From: Phaeosaccion multiseriatum
Taxonomy: Eukaryota; Protista; Ochrophyta, other classes
DNA: 64,000 nucleotides
Reading direction: 5' to 3'
Assembly (NCBI GenBank): GCA_965112735.1
Contig: OZ218955.1
Location: forward strand, 1,426,001-1,490,000
The notes under the pieces are model-generated. The model was not told where the DNA came from. It did no database searches and was given only the letters and a program-made list of their open reading frames with translations. Every line of letters begins with the position of its first letter. Position 1 is the stretch's first letter. A program made the position numbers and the translations under genes. Below are positions 52,501 to 64,000 of the stretch, one piece after another.

Positions 52501-55405
52501 CGCCCGTCGGGGGCAGCAGCGTGAGCCTGGGGTCCTGGGGTCCCGTTACCACCGCCTGTGTGTAAGTGTTGTTGACTGGGTGGTACACCGGCGCCACCAC
52601 ACATGGGGTCCAACTTCGCTGGGAAGGAGGCGCCATGGAAAGCACCTGCAGCCCGTCGGAAGAGAGAGGTTCGAGGGTTACCGGGTCGACTTCTCCGAAG
52701 ACAATGTCGCTGTACCAGACGGTGGTGAGCAGCTCTCCCGTGCCCTGGGGGCCGTCCAGTTTTTCCCCCGGGGTGGCGTCGTGCTTGACGCGATGACGGC
52801 GAGCGGCGAGGAACATCGAGGGCTCTCCGGCGGCGTTGGGCACCTGCGATTTATTCAGTGGTTATGTGAGTTACGTAGTAGAGAAGTTGGTCATTCACAT
52901 ACAGGGAAATTGGGTCAGTTTATCAGTTTCATTGATTGCTTGGGTCATATGAGGGTATCGAATAATGATCACCCCCCCCCCCCCACCCACCCACCCACTC
53001 AGGGAATTACCCGACACACTCACTCACTACACCCCGCCCTCCCTCCACTCTTCGTGCTGCGCCCCACTCAACTCACTCACTCACTGAATCCATCCATCCA
53101 TCCATCCCTCCATCCCTCCCCTCCGTCCTTCCTTCCCTCCGCCCTTTGTACTACCAACACCCCAACAAAACACACAAAACATAAAACCATTTCATTTACC
53201 TGCAGAACGGAGGGGTTGATGAAGGCGTAGTCCCCCCCCCCTCCATTGGCCATGGGCTCAGCAGCGGTGAGGTTCAGTCGCGCATCCATCGCTCCAGTGT
53301 CATACTCCACAAACGATGCGCCTCGCGTGCCTGCCGCTCCTCCGTCGTGGTTGGTCCAATCTCGAATCACTTGAGGAGGCACCAGGCCCCACAGAGCCCA
53401 GAGCCCGACCAAGCTGGCAAAAATGATGGTCATCCGACGGCGGAACAGCTTGTCGGGTTGTTGCGGCATCAACAGGTTGGCGACGTAACTCATGACAATG
53501 GCAAAGGCAAACATGACCAAGAGGAGGCCAAGGTCTACCCATCCATTCCAGACGTAAAAGACAATAAACTGGAAGACGTAAATCGGGTAGGCGAACTTGC
53601 CCAACCCGGAGAAGATGCGCGTCTTCAGCACGACGGACAGCGGGTCTGCACCCATGGCCAGGCCAATGATGAGCAGTCCGTGGAGCGGAGCCAATGCGCC
53701 TAGGCGGCACGAGAGCTTGAAGGCTGGGGGCTGAATGGCGGGAACAGTAAAGAAGAGGGCGAGGAGGAGGCTGCCGATGGATGCACCGTACTTGAGGACC
53801 GCAGGGGCGCCCGTGCGAAATTGGCTGTTTGGGGGTTGAGGGAGCCGGGGGGATGGCAGTGGATGGTTGGTGTGCGTGTGTGTGTGTGAGAGAGAGAGGG
53901 GGGGATGCGAGTGCTCAAGCAAACGTTGTCTGACGCAGTTGCCCTGCCCCTCCCCTCCGCTCCCCTCCGCTCCCTCACCTCACCGACCCCATATGCTTCC
54001 TTCCCTTCCCTTCACCCACGCCACACACCCTTCGAAAAGCAAAACCTTTGGGGAAGTTGTTCTAAAAACTCTGGAACTTGACACTTACGCGTAGACGCAG
54101 GCCAAACCCACTCCGAAGGCGTAGATGTGCAAGTAAAAGAGCGGGAAGAAGGACAGCATGGTAACGAATAGATCCTTCCACGTGTCGTTGTCTCCATAGT
54201 TGTGGAACTCGTACCACTCCACACTGGCCCCAACCATTGGGGGGATGGCGGCGGCGAGCCAACCGAGGACCGAGAGGAAAGCCATGTAACCGACGAGGGT
54301 GCGGCGGGAGAGACCGAGGGTGAAACACTCGATGCGGTTGTGAAGGAACCTTTTGAGTGGGTGGGAGTGAGTGAAGGAGGGAGGGAGGGAGGGAGAGACG
54401 GAGGGAGAGATGGAGGGAGGGAGGGAGGGAGGGAGGGACGTAAGTAGGGGTGGGGAGGAGAGGACAGAAGGAGACGCATGGGGGAAAAAGCCCCCATCCT
54501 ACTTGCTTCGTCAGCACACTCCACCCACTCCACTCACTCACTCACTCACTCACTCACCAGAGGGGGATGATGGTGCTGAGGAACCAGCAGTGGCCCTGAA
54601 TGACTTGCTCCGTAACCTTTGGCAGCCACGACTGGGTCAGGGTGAGGAGTGAAAAGGCATGCAGCCACGTGGTGTCCTGCCAAGTGTCCTTGTAAATGGC
54701 GACGGCGAATCCCAACACTAGACCCAGCAGGTATATGGGGTATATGCTCTTGATGCGGTCGTACATAAACGAAGCGGCAGGCGTCTCCTCGTAGGGCTCA
54801 AAGTTGGCAACCCCTCCCACCACTCCTCCTCCCACGGCCTCAACAGCCGCGGCATGCATAGCTCTCTTCCTGAGGGAGGAGTACGTAAGCACAAAGGCCG
54901 ACAACATGATGAACCACGGCGCCCATGTGAAGCCCCACTCCGCTATGTAGTAGTCGGACACGCCCACGGGGTTGGTGAAGAGGAAGTGTCCGCCGATGAT
55001 GTGGATGGCAGCCAACAGGCGCAATCCGTCAAACCCCCCCACGTAGGGGTAGCTCTTGGCGGCCTTGGCGACGGCGGCCTCGACCTCGGACTCTGACTCC
55101 TCGTTGGCGACAGTTTTGTTCTTGTTGACGTTCTTCTTGTTGTTGTTGTTGTTGTTGCTGTTGTTGTTGCTGTTGTTGTTGTTCTTACCCACAGAAGCAC
55201 CTGCTGCAGATGCTTTGCTGTTGCTGCTGGTGGCTGTGGAAGCTGCCATGGCGGTGTCAAAGTTCGATGCGTCCGGGTCAGCAGAGCTCGTGTTGACCCT
55301 CGTTCTGTCGGGGCCAGAGGGAGCGGAAACCGCAGAAGATCCAGAAGCAGAAGCCGCAGCAGCCAGTCCGACCGTGTCAACCGGCGCGCGTGGTCCCTCC
55401 TCCTC

Positions 55406-55462
<57 letters not shown>

Positions 55463-56553
55463 TCGCTGCTGCTGGAGAGCAATGGCTTGCGAGCCCGTGG
55501 GGGAAGAGAGCGTATCGATGGAGTAGTCCTTGGAGATGCCCATGGACATAGAGTCATTGTCATCGTCGCCGAAATCGGCCTCTGTCTTTCCCTCCTCGGA
55601 TCGCTCCGGGTACTTGTGTTGTTCCGTCGCTGTTCCTCCTGCCGTGGTTGCTGCTGCTGCGGCGGCTGCGGCTGCCGCAACTGCTGCCACTGCGGCGGGC
55701 TCGCCTCTTCGACTGCCATCCCTGCCCTTGAGACCCATGGCACCGTCTGCAGAGGACAGCGGAGAAGTGTCGGACTTGGGCGGCGTGATAGACTGCGACG
55801 AAGACGAAGAAGGCTGGGACATCGACACCCCCTCCTTGGAGGAGCTGCCGCCGATGACGGCCCTCTCACTACTCCCACTACCGCTCTTGGTGAGGCCCTT
55901 CATACCCGCCCCTCCTCCGGGGCGAATGTACACAGCGGATGCCTTGGAACGGCTGCGCCCACGAGAGCATATGCGTCCGACAGAGTGCAACAACCCCCCG
56001 AGGGTCCGACCCCCCTTGAAGAGAGTCCAGAGCACGAAGATAGACGCGAGGACGACACAAGCCCACTGCAGACCGTTGTAGTCCCAGGGCTGCACTCGCT
56101 TAATCGCGCCTCGGTTGGACACGTCGGTGGTGAAGGCAGGGGTGGCGTAGGCAGGCACCACGCTGTCGTCGAGGATGAGATCTTTGTACAGGCTAAGGTC
56201 ACCGGCAGTGGCACCGTCCTCGTCGTCGTCGCCTCCTCCGGCTGAGCGCGCCACCACCTCCTCTCCGTCCGTCAGGGTCGTCGAAGGGTAGGAGGTGATG
56301 CGGCACCCTCGATGGTACTGCTGCCACCATTCGGAGTCGGCAGCAGGGACGTACGACTGGCAAGTAGGCGCCCCCACGAACTGAAAGAGACAAAAATTAA
56401 CATTTACGTGGGGAGGGAAGTGTGCAAGTTGGTGGGGTTGGGGGGTTGGTGTGTGTCTGTGAATACTTTTGCGCTATTCGACAAGACAAGGCAACACAAG
56501 GAGGACACACACACAACACATACACACACACACACAACCACACACACACACAA

Positions 56554-56585
<32 letters not shown>

Positions 56586-56831
56586 CCACACACACACAAC
56601 CACACCTGCTCCTCGCACTCGTGTGCCTCTTCGATCTGGTCGGCTTCACACGCGACACTGATTAGTCTCTGGAACAACACATGGTTGCTGATGTGCGGGG
56701 CGTGCCCGGCCACCAGGGGGGGCGCGTTGGTGGCGGTGAGCACGGTGCCTTCGTAGTCCAGGAAGTGGCCTTCGTACTCCTCTGCCAGCTGTAAATAGCA
56801 TGAGTGTGAGAGTGAGATTTGTGATGTGTGT

Positions 56832-56862
<31 letters not shown>

Positions 56863-56911
56863 CGTGTGCGTGTGTGTGTGTGTGTGCGTGTGCGTGTGTG
56901 TGTGTGTGCGT

Positions 56912-56942
<31 letters not shown>

Positions 56943-56981
56943 CATGTGTGTGTGTGTGTGTGCGTGTGCGTGTGTGTGTGT

Positions 56982-57029
<48 letters not shown>

Positions 57030-59100
57030 GCGTGTGTGTGTGTGTGCGTGTGTGTGTGTGTGCGTTTTTTGGGGGGGGGGGCGGTGGAGTTGAAAAAATG
57101 CAGAGAGAGAGAGAGAGAGAGAGAGTGAGAGAGACAGAGAGCAAGCAGCAAGAGGCAAGGGGTTCAGATAAGATGAATCGATCGAGGCTTGTGTGCCTTT
57201 CCCTCTCCCTCTCCCTCTCCCTCTCTCCTTCCCTCCTCTCCCTCTCTCCTCATCCTCATCCTCCCTCCCCCCCCCCCCCTTCCTTACCTGGCGAGCCATG
57301 TCGTTGGCACCCTCGAGGAAGTTGGTAAAGCCCTCCACCCCGAGGAACACGGGCACAAGACCGGGGAAGTCCTCCTGCAAGCGAGTGAGTATGCTCGTGT
57401 ACTCATCCAACAAGAACACCAGCTGTGAATCCACGCTGGATTCCTGCAGCTCCACCACTGCCTCCGAACCCTCAAACTCGCAAGCCCACGTGGCCCCCTC
57501 CTCAGGATACAGACAGAAGGAGTACCACGTGCCCAGTGATATGACAACGTAACCGCTCGCATCCCCCCTACCAGCATCCTGCATGCTGTCGAGGTGGCCG
57601 AGCAGCTCGGGGGCAGACCTGCCCTGACCAAAGAGCATGGAGGGCCTAGAGCGAACGTCTTTGGCAAACACCTCCTCACACGACTGCCTTCCTTGGTCGA
57701 GGTAGCCCATTCGTGCGGGCATGCCAGCACTGTCGGGTCGAAGGACGACACTGGCGCAGGGAATGGAGTTTGGGTCTCCGTCGCCAGTGGGGTTGTTGCT
57801 GTCCCTGTAGAGCCAACTCTGGAAGAAGAGGGCCTCGTCGTACACTTGGTCCAGCTGTGAGAGGGGGGTGCGTTTGGGAGGGGGGGGGGGAGTTTGGAGG
57901 AGAAGGCGGGGGTGGGTGGGTGGGGGGGGGAGGATGGAGTGAGTGAAGTAGTCGGTTCGGCCGAGAGGGTGCGGATGATACGAAGGGGAGAAGAGCCGCT
58001 TGGGATTCCCAAGTAGAGAGGCTGTACTGCTCTTGTTCCGGACGAAACAAGAATTAGTGGGACAGGAGCCAGAGCTGTAGTACACAAACAAAACTCCCCC
58101 CCCCCCCCACACACACACACACACGGCACGACATACACACACATACGGCACGCACGAACTCACGCACTCACCCAAGGCCAGACGGCAGCCAGGATACCAA
58201 GGACGTCGCTGGCTCCCAACAAGACCAAGGCCGTGTCTGTGGCATCCTCCCCGCCCAGGGAGGCCAGGCATTGGTTCACCTCTGTCTGGGAGAAGAAATG
58301 GTAATGGCAGTCGTGAGGGTCTGCGAGACCGACGCGAGGGACACGAGAGAGGGGAGGGAGGGAGGGAGGGAGGGGGGGTTGTGAGTGTGTGTGTGTGCTG
58401 GAGTTTGTAAGAGAGTCGAGTGAGTGGGGGGGTTGAGCCTTTGCCCCCTCCGCCACATCGTTAAGACGAAGGAACATGTGCACACGTGAAGGGGAACGAG
58501 ACGAGAATGTTGATGCTCTTTTCCATGGTGAAAGGTTAGGAGTAACGCTTGTGTGCCGACCACCCGATGGACCCGGAGAGAGAGAGAGAGAGAGAGCGAA
58601 GGGCCCTCTCGTGCCGTTGGCATCATGAAACACATGCACCCCCCCGAATACCCCGACCCGCACTCACTTCTCAGCTCAAAGGTATTGCAGATGCGATTGC
58701 CGTCTTCGTCAACGTCGCACCGCCACTGCCCAGGACTCTGTACATCCGCACAACGTTGCGTGCACGAGTCCCGGAGGTTTGGCTCGGGCACCACCACGAC
58801 GGGCGCCTCTGGGATGTCATCCTCTTGGGCTGCGAGAGGAGAGATTGGTACAGGGCAACAAGGGGCGGGGCAGATTTAATTCCTTCCTCTCCTTTTGGCC
58901 TCTCCTTTCCCCTTCTGTCTCTCTCTCTCATTCTTTCCCCACTGGCCTTGCAACGTGGGCGCCCTTCATCCCTCCTCTGCCACGCTCTCCCCTTCCCTAT
59001 AATTTCTTCCCCCTTCCATCCCTCCCATCTCACCTTGGACCCCCACGACGAACAATGACGCCGCAAGACCAAGCGCTGACACGAGCGTGAAGGCGCGCAT
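49570..59100 (-). CDS. Secretory multi-domain membrane protein, ~2320 aa: signal peptide - SGNH/PC-esterase-like - TM - low-complexity linker - acyltransferase-3 - five-bladed beta-propeller (GH130/GT91/GT108-like) - TM - long disordered tail
   Basis: Exons 59100-59034, 58829-58668, 58320-58172, 57854-57288, 56788-56606, 56380-54558, 54349-54089, 53824-53200, 52843-52346, 52197-49570 (6963 nt, all GT-AG, phases consistent). Signal [41 protein letters not shown]...[33 protein letters not shown] (R-x10-H), [67 protein letters not shown]. Confidence 0.85.
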
Positions 59101-60254
59101 CCTTTACGCGCGTCCTGTGTGCCGCGCTACTCCCTTTGCCCTTGCCCACTCACAGACAGTAAGGCCTCTTCAGAGAGGATTGCTCGACAGCACCATAGAT
59201 TGTGTTATTGTTCACCCGAATTCCACGTAACCAGCGCTATGCTTCCCCACTGCGGCGCTAGTCTCCGTCGCTCACCGAAGGTGTAAGGTGTAGCGTCGCT
59301 CACTGAAGGGCTTTGACTTCAATATGAATATGTGTCTTCGTTCCTTTCGATCAAAGACCACGACCCACACTACCCGTAAATGATGATGCTACCCAGGTCG
59401 TCTCTAATGATGGAGAGGGCCCATCAACCTAAAGAGGCCCAAGTCGAAGGATTTTGAACGGACCCCACAATCTTCGGAGTGACGATGCGGGCGCGAAAAT
59501 TAACATTGCCCCCCAAAACCCTCTATTTTTGTGCAGTTACGAAAACCAGAATGGGAGAGGAAGTGTGAAACAAAGAAGAGCAAGCAAAAAAGAATGTGAT
59601 ACTATTGACACTCTCCCTCAGAAGAAGCAAGTGTGGCCCATCACAGTTGAGATCCTTGAGGGTTCGAATGTAGGCTCGAAGGGCCCTACATTGTAGTGAG
59701 GGGGGGGGGGGGATTCGGGAGGAGGGAGCCCAGTGTGGTTTCCGTTGACTGAACGGGCTAAACTCACTCATTCCTCACCCACGCACTCACGCACTCACGT
59801 TCGCATATCAACTCACTCACGCACTCACTCACTCGCCACAACGATCTACCTACTATACCGAGCAAGTTCGCTCTATAGTTCACTCACTCACACACTGACT
59901 GAATCACTGACTCACCCATTCACTCATCACTCCCTCACGCGCGCACGTACTCACATTCGCATAAACTCACTCATTCCTCACCACTCACGTACTCACGTTC
60001 GCATAAATTCAACTCACTCATACACACGTCCTCCTATCTTTGAGTGTTGAGTCCCTCACCGTGAGTCCGTTCCTCCCATACCCAGCAGAGGTGAAAGCAA
60101 TCCTCCTAAATCCCCCTTCGCTACTGTTTCTTCTGCGATATATAGTGGTGTTTACGCACGATGTATTGCCAAGTACTAAGTACACTAGAGCTGCGCAGAG
60201 CCGTATCGCGTGGCCCTCGGTATCCTTGGTCTCGTCCTCATCCCCGTTCTCCCC

Positions 60255-62372
60255 CGCTTTCTCTCCTACCCCAGCTCCTCCTCCTTCACGGACTCCTTCT
60301 TGCCCTTCGCCAGCGGTGGCGGTTGCCGGCTCGTGGGAAGGCGCGGCGGCGGTAGGTCGACAGCTCCTCTCATGAGGCAGTGAGGCCCCCGCCTGAACCT
60401 CCACCCGCCCCAGTAGAAGGCAGTGGATGGAGTCCACGCAGCAACAGAAGAAGGGGGGGCTTGCTTTGCCCTGCGCCAAGGCTGTCGCGGCTGTGGCTCA
60501 GAGCCTCCGCGGCGGCGTATGGCGTGCGACAGCGGTGCCGGTGTCGCGGTAGCTGCCGGGCGCTCCCAGACCCATAGCTATCCGGTAAGTCACATGGGTC
60601 TCTTCTGCCTCGCTACTCCTCCTTCTCCCCCTCACCTCCTCCCACCTCTGCCTCTTGGCAGATCCCTCCGAGGAGAGAGACTTGAGGCGTGAGGCGAGGT
60701 ACCCTTCTCTCTTCTCCTCGTCCCTCCTTGTGCCTGACTGTGTGAGACGACCTCGAGAGACCGCCCGCTGTTCTTCCCAACAGGGGGGGGGGGGGATGGC
60801 GAGCTTATCATGCCATCTCCTCCGCCACCTCCTGCAGCACTTCAGAGCTCACCTCTCTCTGCGACACCTTCAGCCTCCCTTCCTTGCCAAAGAGACGGTC
60901 AGTGCCCCGCATCAGGTCCAACGCGCTTTGTGACGCAAAGTGCTGTCTGCTCGCGGTCAGAAGCCACTGAACACAGGCGCCTGCATCGTTGAGCCCTCGA
61001 GCCTGAGACAGAGCCCTTTCCACTGAGGCCCCTCCTGAGAGAAGCTCCAAGGCCGCCCCGCTGTGGCCCCTTCTTGCGGCAACAAACAAGAGCGTACCAA
61101 AAGAGCTTACGACTTCAGTTTCAGTTTCAGGATCAGCTCCAGCAGACAGGAGCTCACGGATCACTGCCGCATGACCATGCACAGCAGCTAAGCGCAAAGC
61201 TGAGGCTCTGTAACGAGTATTCAGCATCTCCACATCGGCCCCTCCTGAGATGAGTTCCTTCACGACACGAGCATGGCCTTCCAGAGATGCCGCGTGTAGC
61301 GCTCCTCCATATCCATTAGTCGCATTAACCTCTGCACCAGCCCTGAGCAGCTTTCGCACAATACTTCGATGCCCCCTCTCAGATGCCACCATCAACGCTG
61401 TTATCCCCTTTCCACCGTTACGGCTTTCGAGGTCGGCACCGGCTGCAATGAGCTGATCCGCTACAAGACCATGACCATTTTGGCTTGCTACGGCAAGCGG
61501 ATAGTATTCTGAGCTGGCCAAACTCGGATCTGCCCCAGAGGTGAGCAGCAGCTGTGTGACCCTGTCGTGTCCTTTTTCGGCGGCCATCACCAACGGACTG
61601 TGGCCTTCAATATCTCTGCCATCAACATGATTGTTGGGGTTAGCGTGGGCCGAAAGCAAGAGCTGCACCACCGCAAGATGCCCGCTCATGCAGGCACAGG
61701 ACAAGGCCGTGAAGCCTTTGGGACTTGTCTTCTCGACCTCCGCCCCGGCGGAAATCAGCTGCTGGACTACACTTTCGTGTCCGTTAAATGAGGCGTATTG
61801 GAGAGCCGTACGTCCCTCCGCGTCTACAGAGTCCACCTCCGCACCCGCCGACAGCAGCTGCTGCACCACAGCGTAATGCCCCCTCTCTGCTGAGCTCATC
61901 AACGCCGTAAAGCCATTAGTGTCAGCCAAGCTTACATCGGCACCGTTGGAGAGCAGCATGTTCACAACCTCAACTGCCCCTTCCCTGGACGCCCCTATGA
62001 GAGCCGTATATCCGTCGCTCCCTATTGAGTCGATTTCAGCACCAGCAGAGAGGAGCTGTTGTACAATAGCAGCATCTGAAAAAGAACCACTCGCAAAATG
62101 CAACGCACAGTTGCCCTCTGCACTTCGCACATTCGGCGACGCTCCCTCTTGCAGCAAAAGCGCAACAACGTCACCCCTCTTGTGTGCCACGGCTGCGTGC
62201 ATGGCTGAAAACCCTTGCTCACTGAGGTGCTCGTCCAGGCATGCCTTGCTTCCTCCGTTCTTCGCGACGAGGGCCCTCACAGCCTTTTGCACCTGCCGGA
62301 CACTCTGGCCACCTCCGATGGCTAGATTAAGGCAGGCAGCCTGCCTTGTACAACGCACAAGCGAGGAATGTA
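60255..62372 (-). repeat. Right arm of the ~2.1-kb inverted duplication
   Basis: Reverse complement of ~46920-49040. Confidence 0.95.
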
Positions 62373-62439
62373 CATTAGACACGGTGGCGGAGAGGGGGAG
62401 CTATGTTCTTCGTACCTCAATGCTTAAGGCCCTCTGCAT
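60808..62439 (-). CDS. Ankyrin-repeat protein, copy B (~518 aa)
   Basis: Exon 1 62439-62416 (MQRALSIE|gtacg), intron 62415-62341 with CTAAT branch site, exon 2 62340-60808 (1533 nt; same length and intron position as copy A). Confidence 0.9.
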
Positions 62440-62737
62440 AGTGCCAGGAATGGGCCTGTGGCTGAATCAAGTATGGGGAGAGGGGGGGGGAAGGGAATTT
62501 AGAGAGCAAGAGAAGGTATTATCACCCTTAAGTGCCATCTATGGTTGTCTAAAAGTAATATCTCACCGCCCCGGGGAACTTAGCCCTCGCGGTCGTGTCC
62601 CTCTGACTCATCAGTTCTCCCCATTGGAACACAGTTGATACCAGCCAGGATCCTGTGTCGAACCGATCGTTCGTGTCGGGCCCGCTGGAGCGCTGGAGTT
62701 CAAGAGAAGGTACATTTAAGTTCCAGCTTGACACCAA

Positions 62738-63351
62738 TCGGCCCCTGACATGGCTGCTTCTGAGGCGACCCTGCTTCCTGCTTTTCTGGCCGGCGCCAGA
62801 GGGCCTACTTCCTGCTTCTGGCCGGTGCCACCGGCCTGCTTCCTGCTTCTGGGCTGGCCTCTCTCAGAAGCAGCCATGTCAGGAGGGGCGAAAAGACCTG
62901 TAATCAGATAAGATAATCTTGTCCAGGGTCGACTCCCTCCCTCCCTCCCTGCCTGCCTCCCTCCCTCCCTCCCTGCCTGCCTCCCTCCCTGCCTGCCTCC
63001 CTCCCTCCCTCCCTCCCTCCCTCCCTCCCTCCCTCCCTCCCTCCCTCCCTCCCTCCCTCCCTCCCTCCCTCCCTCCCTCCCTCCCTCCCTCCCTCCCTCC
63101 CTCCCTCCCTCCCTCCCTCCCTCCCTCCCTCCCTCCCTCCCTCCCTCCCTCCCTCCCTCCCTCCCTCCCTCCCTCCCTCCCTCCCTCCCTCCCTCCCTCC
63201 CTCCCTCCCTTCCTCCCTCCCTCTCTCCCTCCGTCCCTTGCTTCCTGCTTCTGGCCGGCGCCAGAGGGCCTGCTTCCTGCTTCTGGCCGGCGCCAGCCGG
63301 CCTGCTTCCTGCTTCTGGGCTGGCCTCTCTCAGAAGCATGTCAGGGGCCGA
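62738..63351. mobile_element. Composite of two short TIR-element units interrupted by (CCCT)n; ends related to the 43405 MITE
   Basis: TCGGCCCCTGACATGGCTGCTTCTGAG at 62738. Inverted CTCAGAAGCAGCCATGTCAGGAGGGGCGA (~62863-62891) and CTCAGAAGCATGTCAGGGGCCGA (ending 63351). Internal CCTGCTTCCTGCTTCTGGCCGG repeats. (CCCT)n at 62935-63235. Confidence 0.7.
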
Positions 63352-63394
63352 CTCCTCCTCCTTTCTCCTCCTCCCGATACCTGCGCTACTGGCG

Positions 63395-63693
63395 CATCAA
63401 TAGCTGATAGCGTGCTGACTGGTTTGGTTGCTGGCGCCACCCCCCCGCCCCTCCGCCGCCCTGTACTCCGCCCCCGTATAGAGCTGAGGGGGGCGGGGGG
63501 GTCGGGGGTGCAGCCACAGGGAGGGGAAAAAATAAATAAATAAATAATAAAAAAAAATAGAAAGGATAGCGTGGCCGCCGGCATTAGCTCGTAGCGCGCC
63601 GGCTGCGCTAGCGAATAGCTGACAGCGTGCCGGCTGACGCCGGCAATAAAGTGATAGCTCAAAAGCGCGTCAGGGGCGGGGTCGGGGGTCGAC
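63395..63693. mobile_element. Degenerate relative of the 43405 MITE
   Basis: Repeated GATAGCG/TAGC and GCCGGC motifs, ending GTCAGGGGCGGGGTCGGGGGTCGAC. Confidence 0.4.
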
Positions 63694-64000
63694 GTTCAGC
63701 CTCCTCCACAGAGAATCTGACAAGCCACATATATAGTCATGGGAACTCTCCCGTCGGTCAACGCGGAGACTGAAATATTATGCTTTACTCCTAATAATTA
63801 GAGGAATGTGGGGATTCCCGCCCCCTTCACCGTGATGAAATGATGGCTAGAGTGGCGCGAAAGCATAAGAAAGGGTTTTGTCCGACGGCTTAGCTTTTGG
63901 GGGGGGGGGGCCAAACTTGGTGGAGCGCTTCTTCTTTGCACGCATTCATCCGCATTCTGCATTTTCTCCTCCCACTCTCAGCAGCAAGGTCACTGGATAG

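Noticed and set aside
59454-59696. A-rich 80-aa ORF as a TE remnant
   Set aside because: No ATG start and no recognisable transposase or RT motif.
46920-62372. Autonomous giant transposon or endogenous virus (Maverick/Polinton, NCLDV)
   Set aside because: No integrase, polymerase, capsid or transposase; no TSD; the enclosed gene has typical host introns.

Overview
Eukaryotic, intron-rich, microsatellite-laden nuclear DNA, most likely from a photosynthetic stramenopile (ochrophyte). The basis is a VDL1-type carotenoid enzyme and bipartite plastid presequences with a signal peptide ending in 'AF'. Most ORFs in the supplied track are artefacts of simple repeats. Splicing by eye gives 12 gene models: gatA (3'-truncated), VDL1, an orphan TM + SH3/Tudor-like protein, a motor-less TPR + HhH protein, CNOT3, coronin, a ~1860-aa IQ + ankyrin protein, NUF2, a PPP1R36-like gene, two inverted ankyrin-repeat paralogues, and between them a ~2320-aa secretory membrane protein. 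There is also one doubtful ORF. Main highlights: (1) the 2320-aa protein appears to fuse an SGNH/PC-esterase domain, an acyltransferase-3 domain and a GH130/GT91/GT108-like beta-propeller, a candidate single-chain glycan build-and-O-acetylate machine. (2) That gene sits inside ~2.1-kb inverted repeats, each an ankyrin gene, and the paralogues differ mainly at ligand-contact positions. (3) Introns are polarised, G-rich repeats at the 5' end and C-rich repeats at the 3' end, including a 16-mer and its reverse complement at opposite ends. (4) A small TIR element with a 10-bp TSD is inserted at a stop codon. All family assignments come from motif recognition only; no searches were run.
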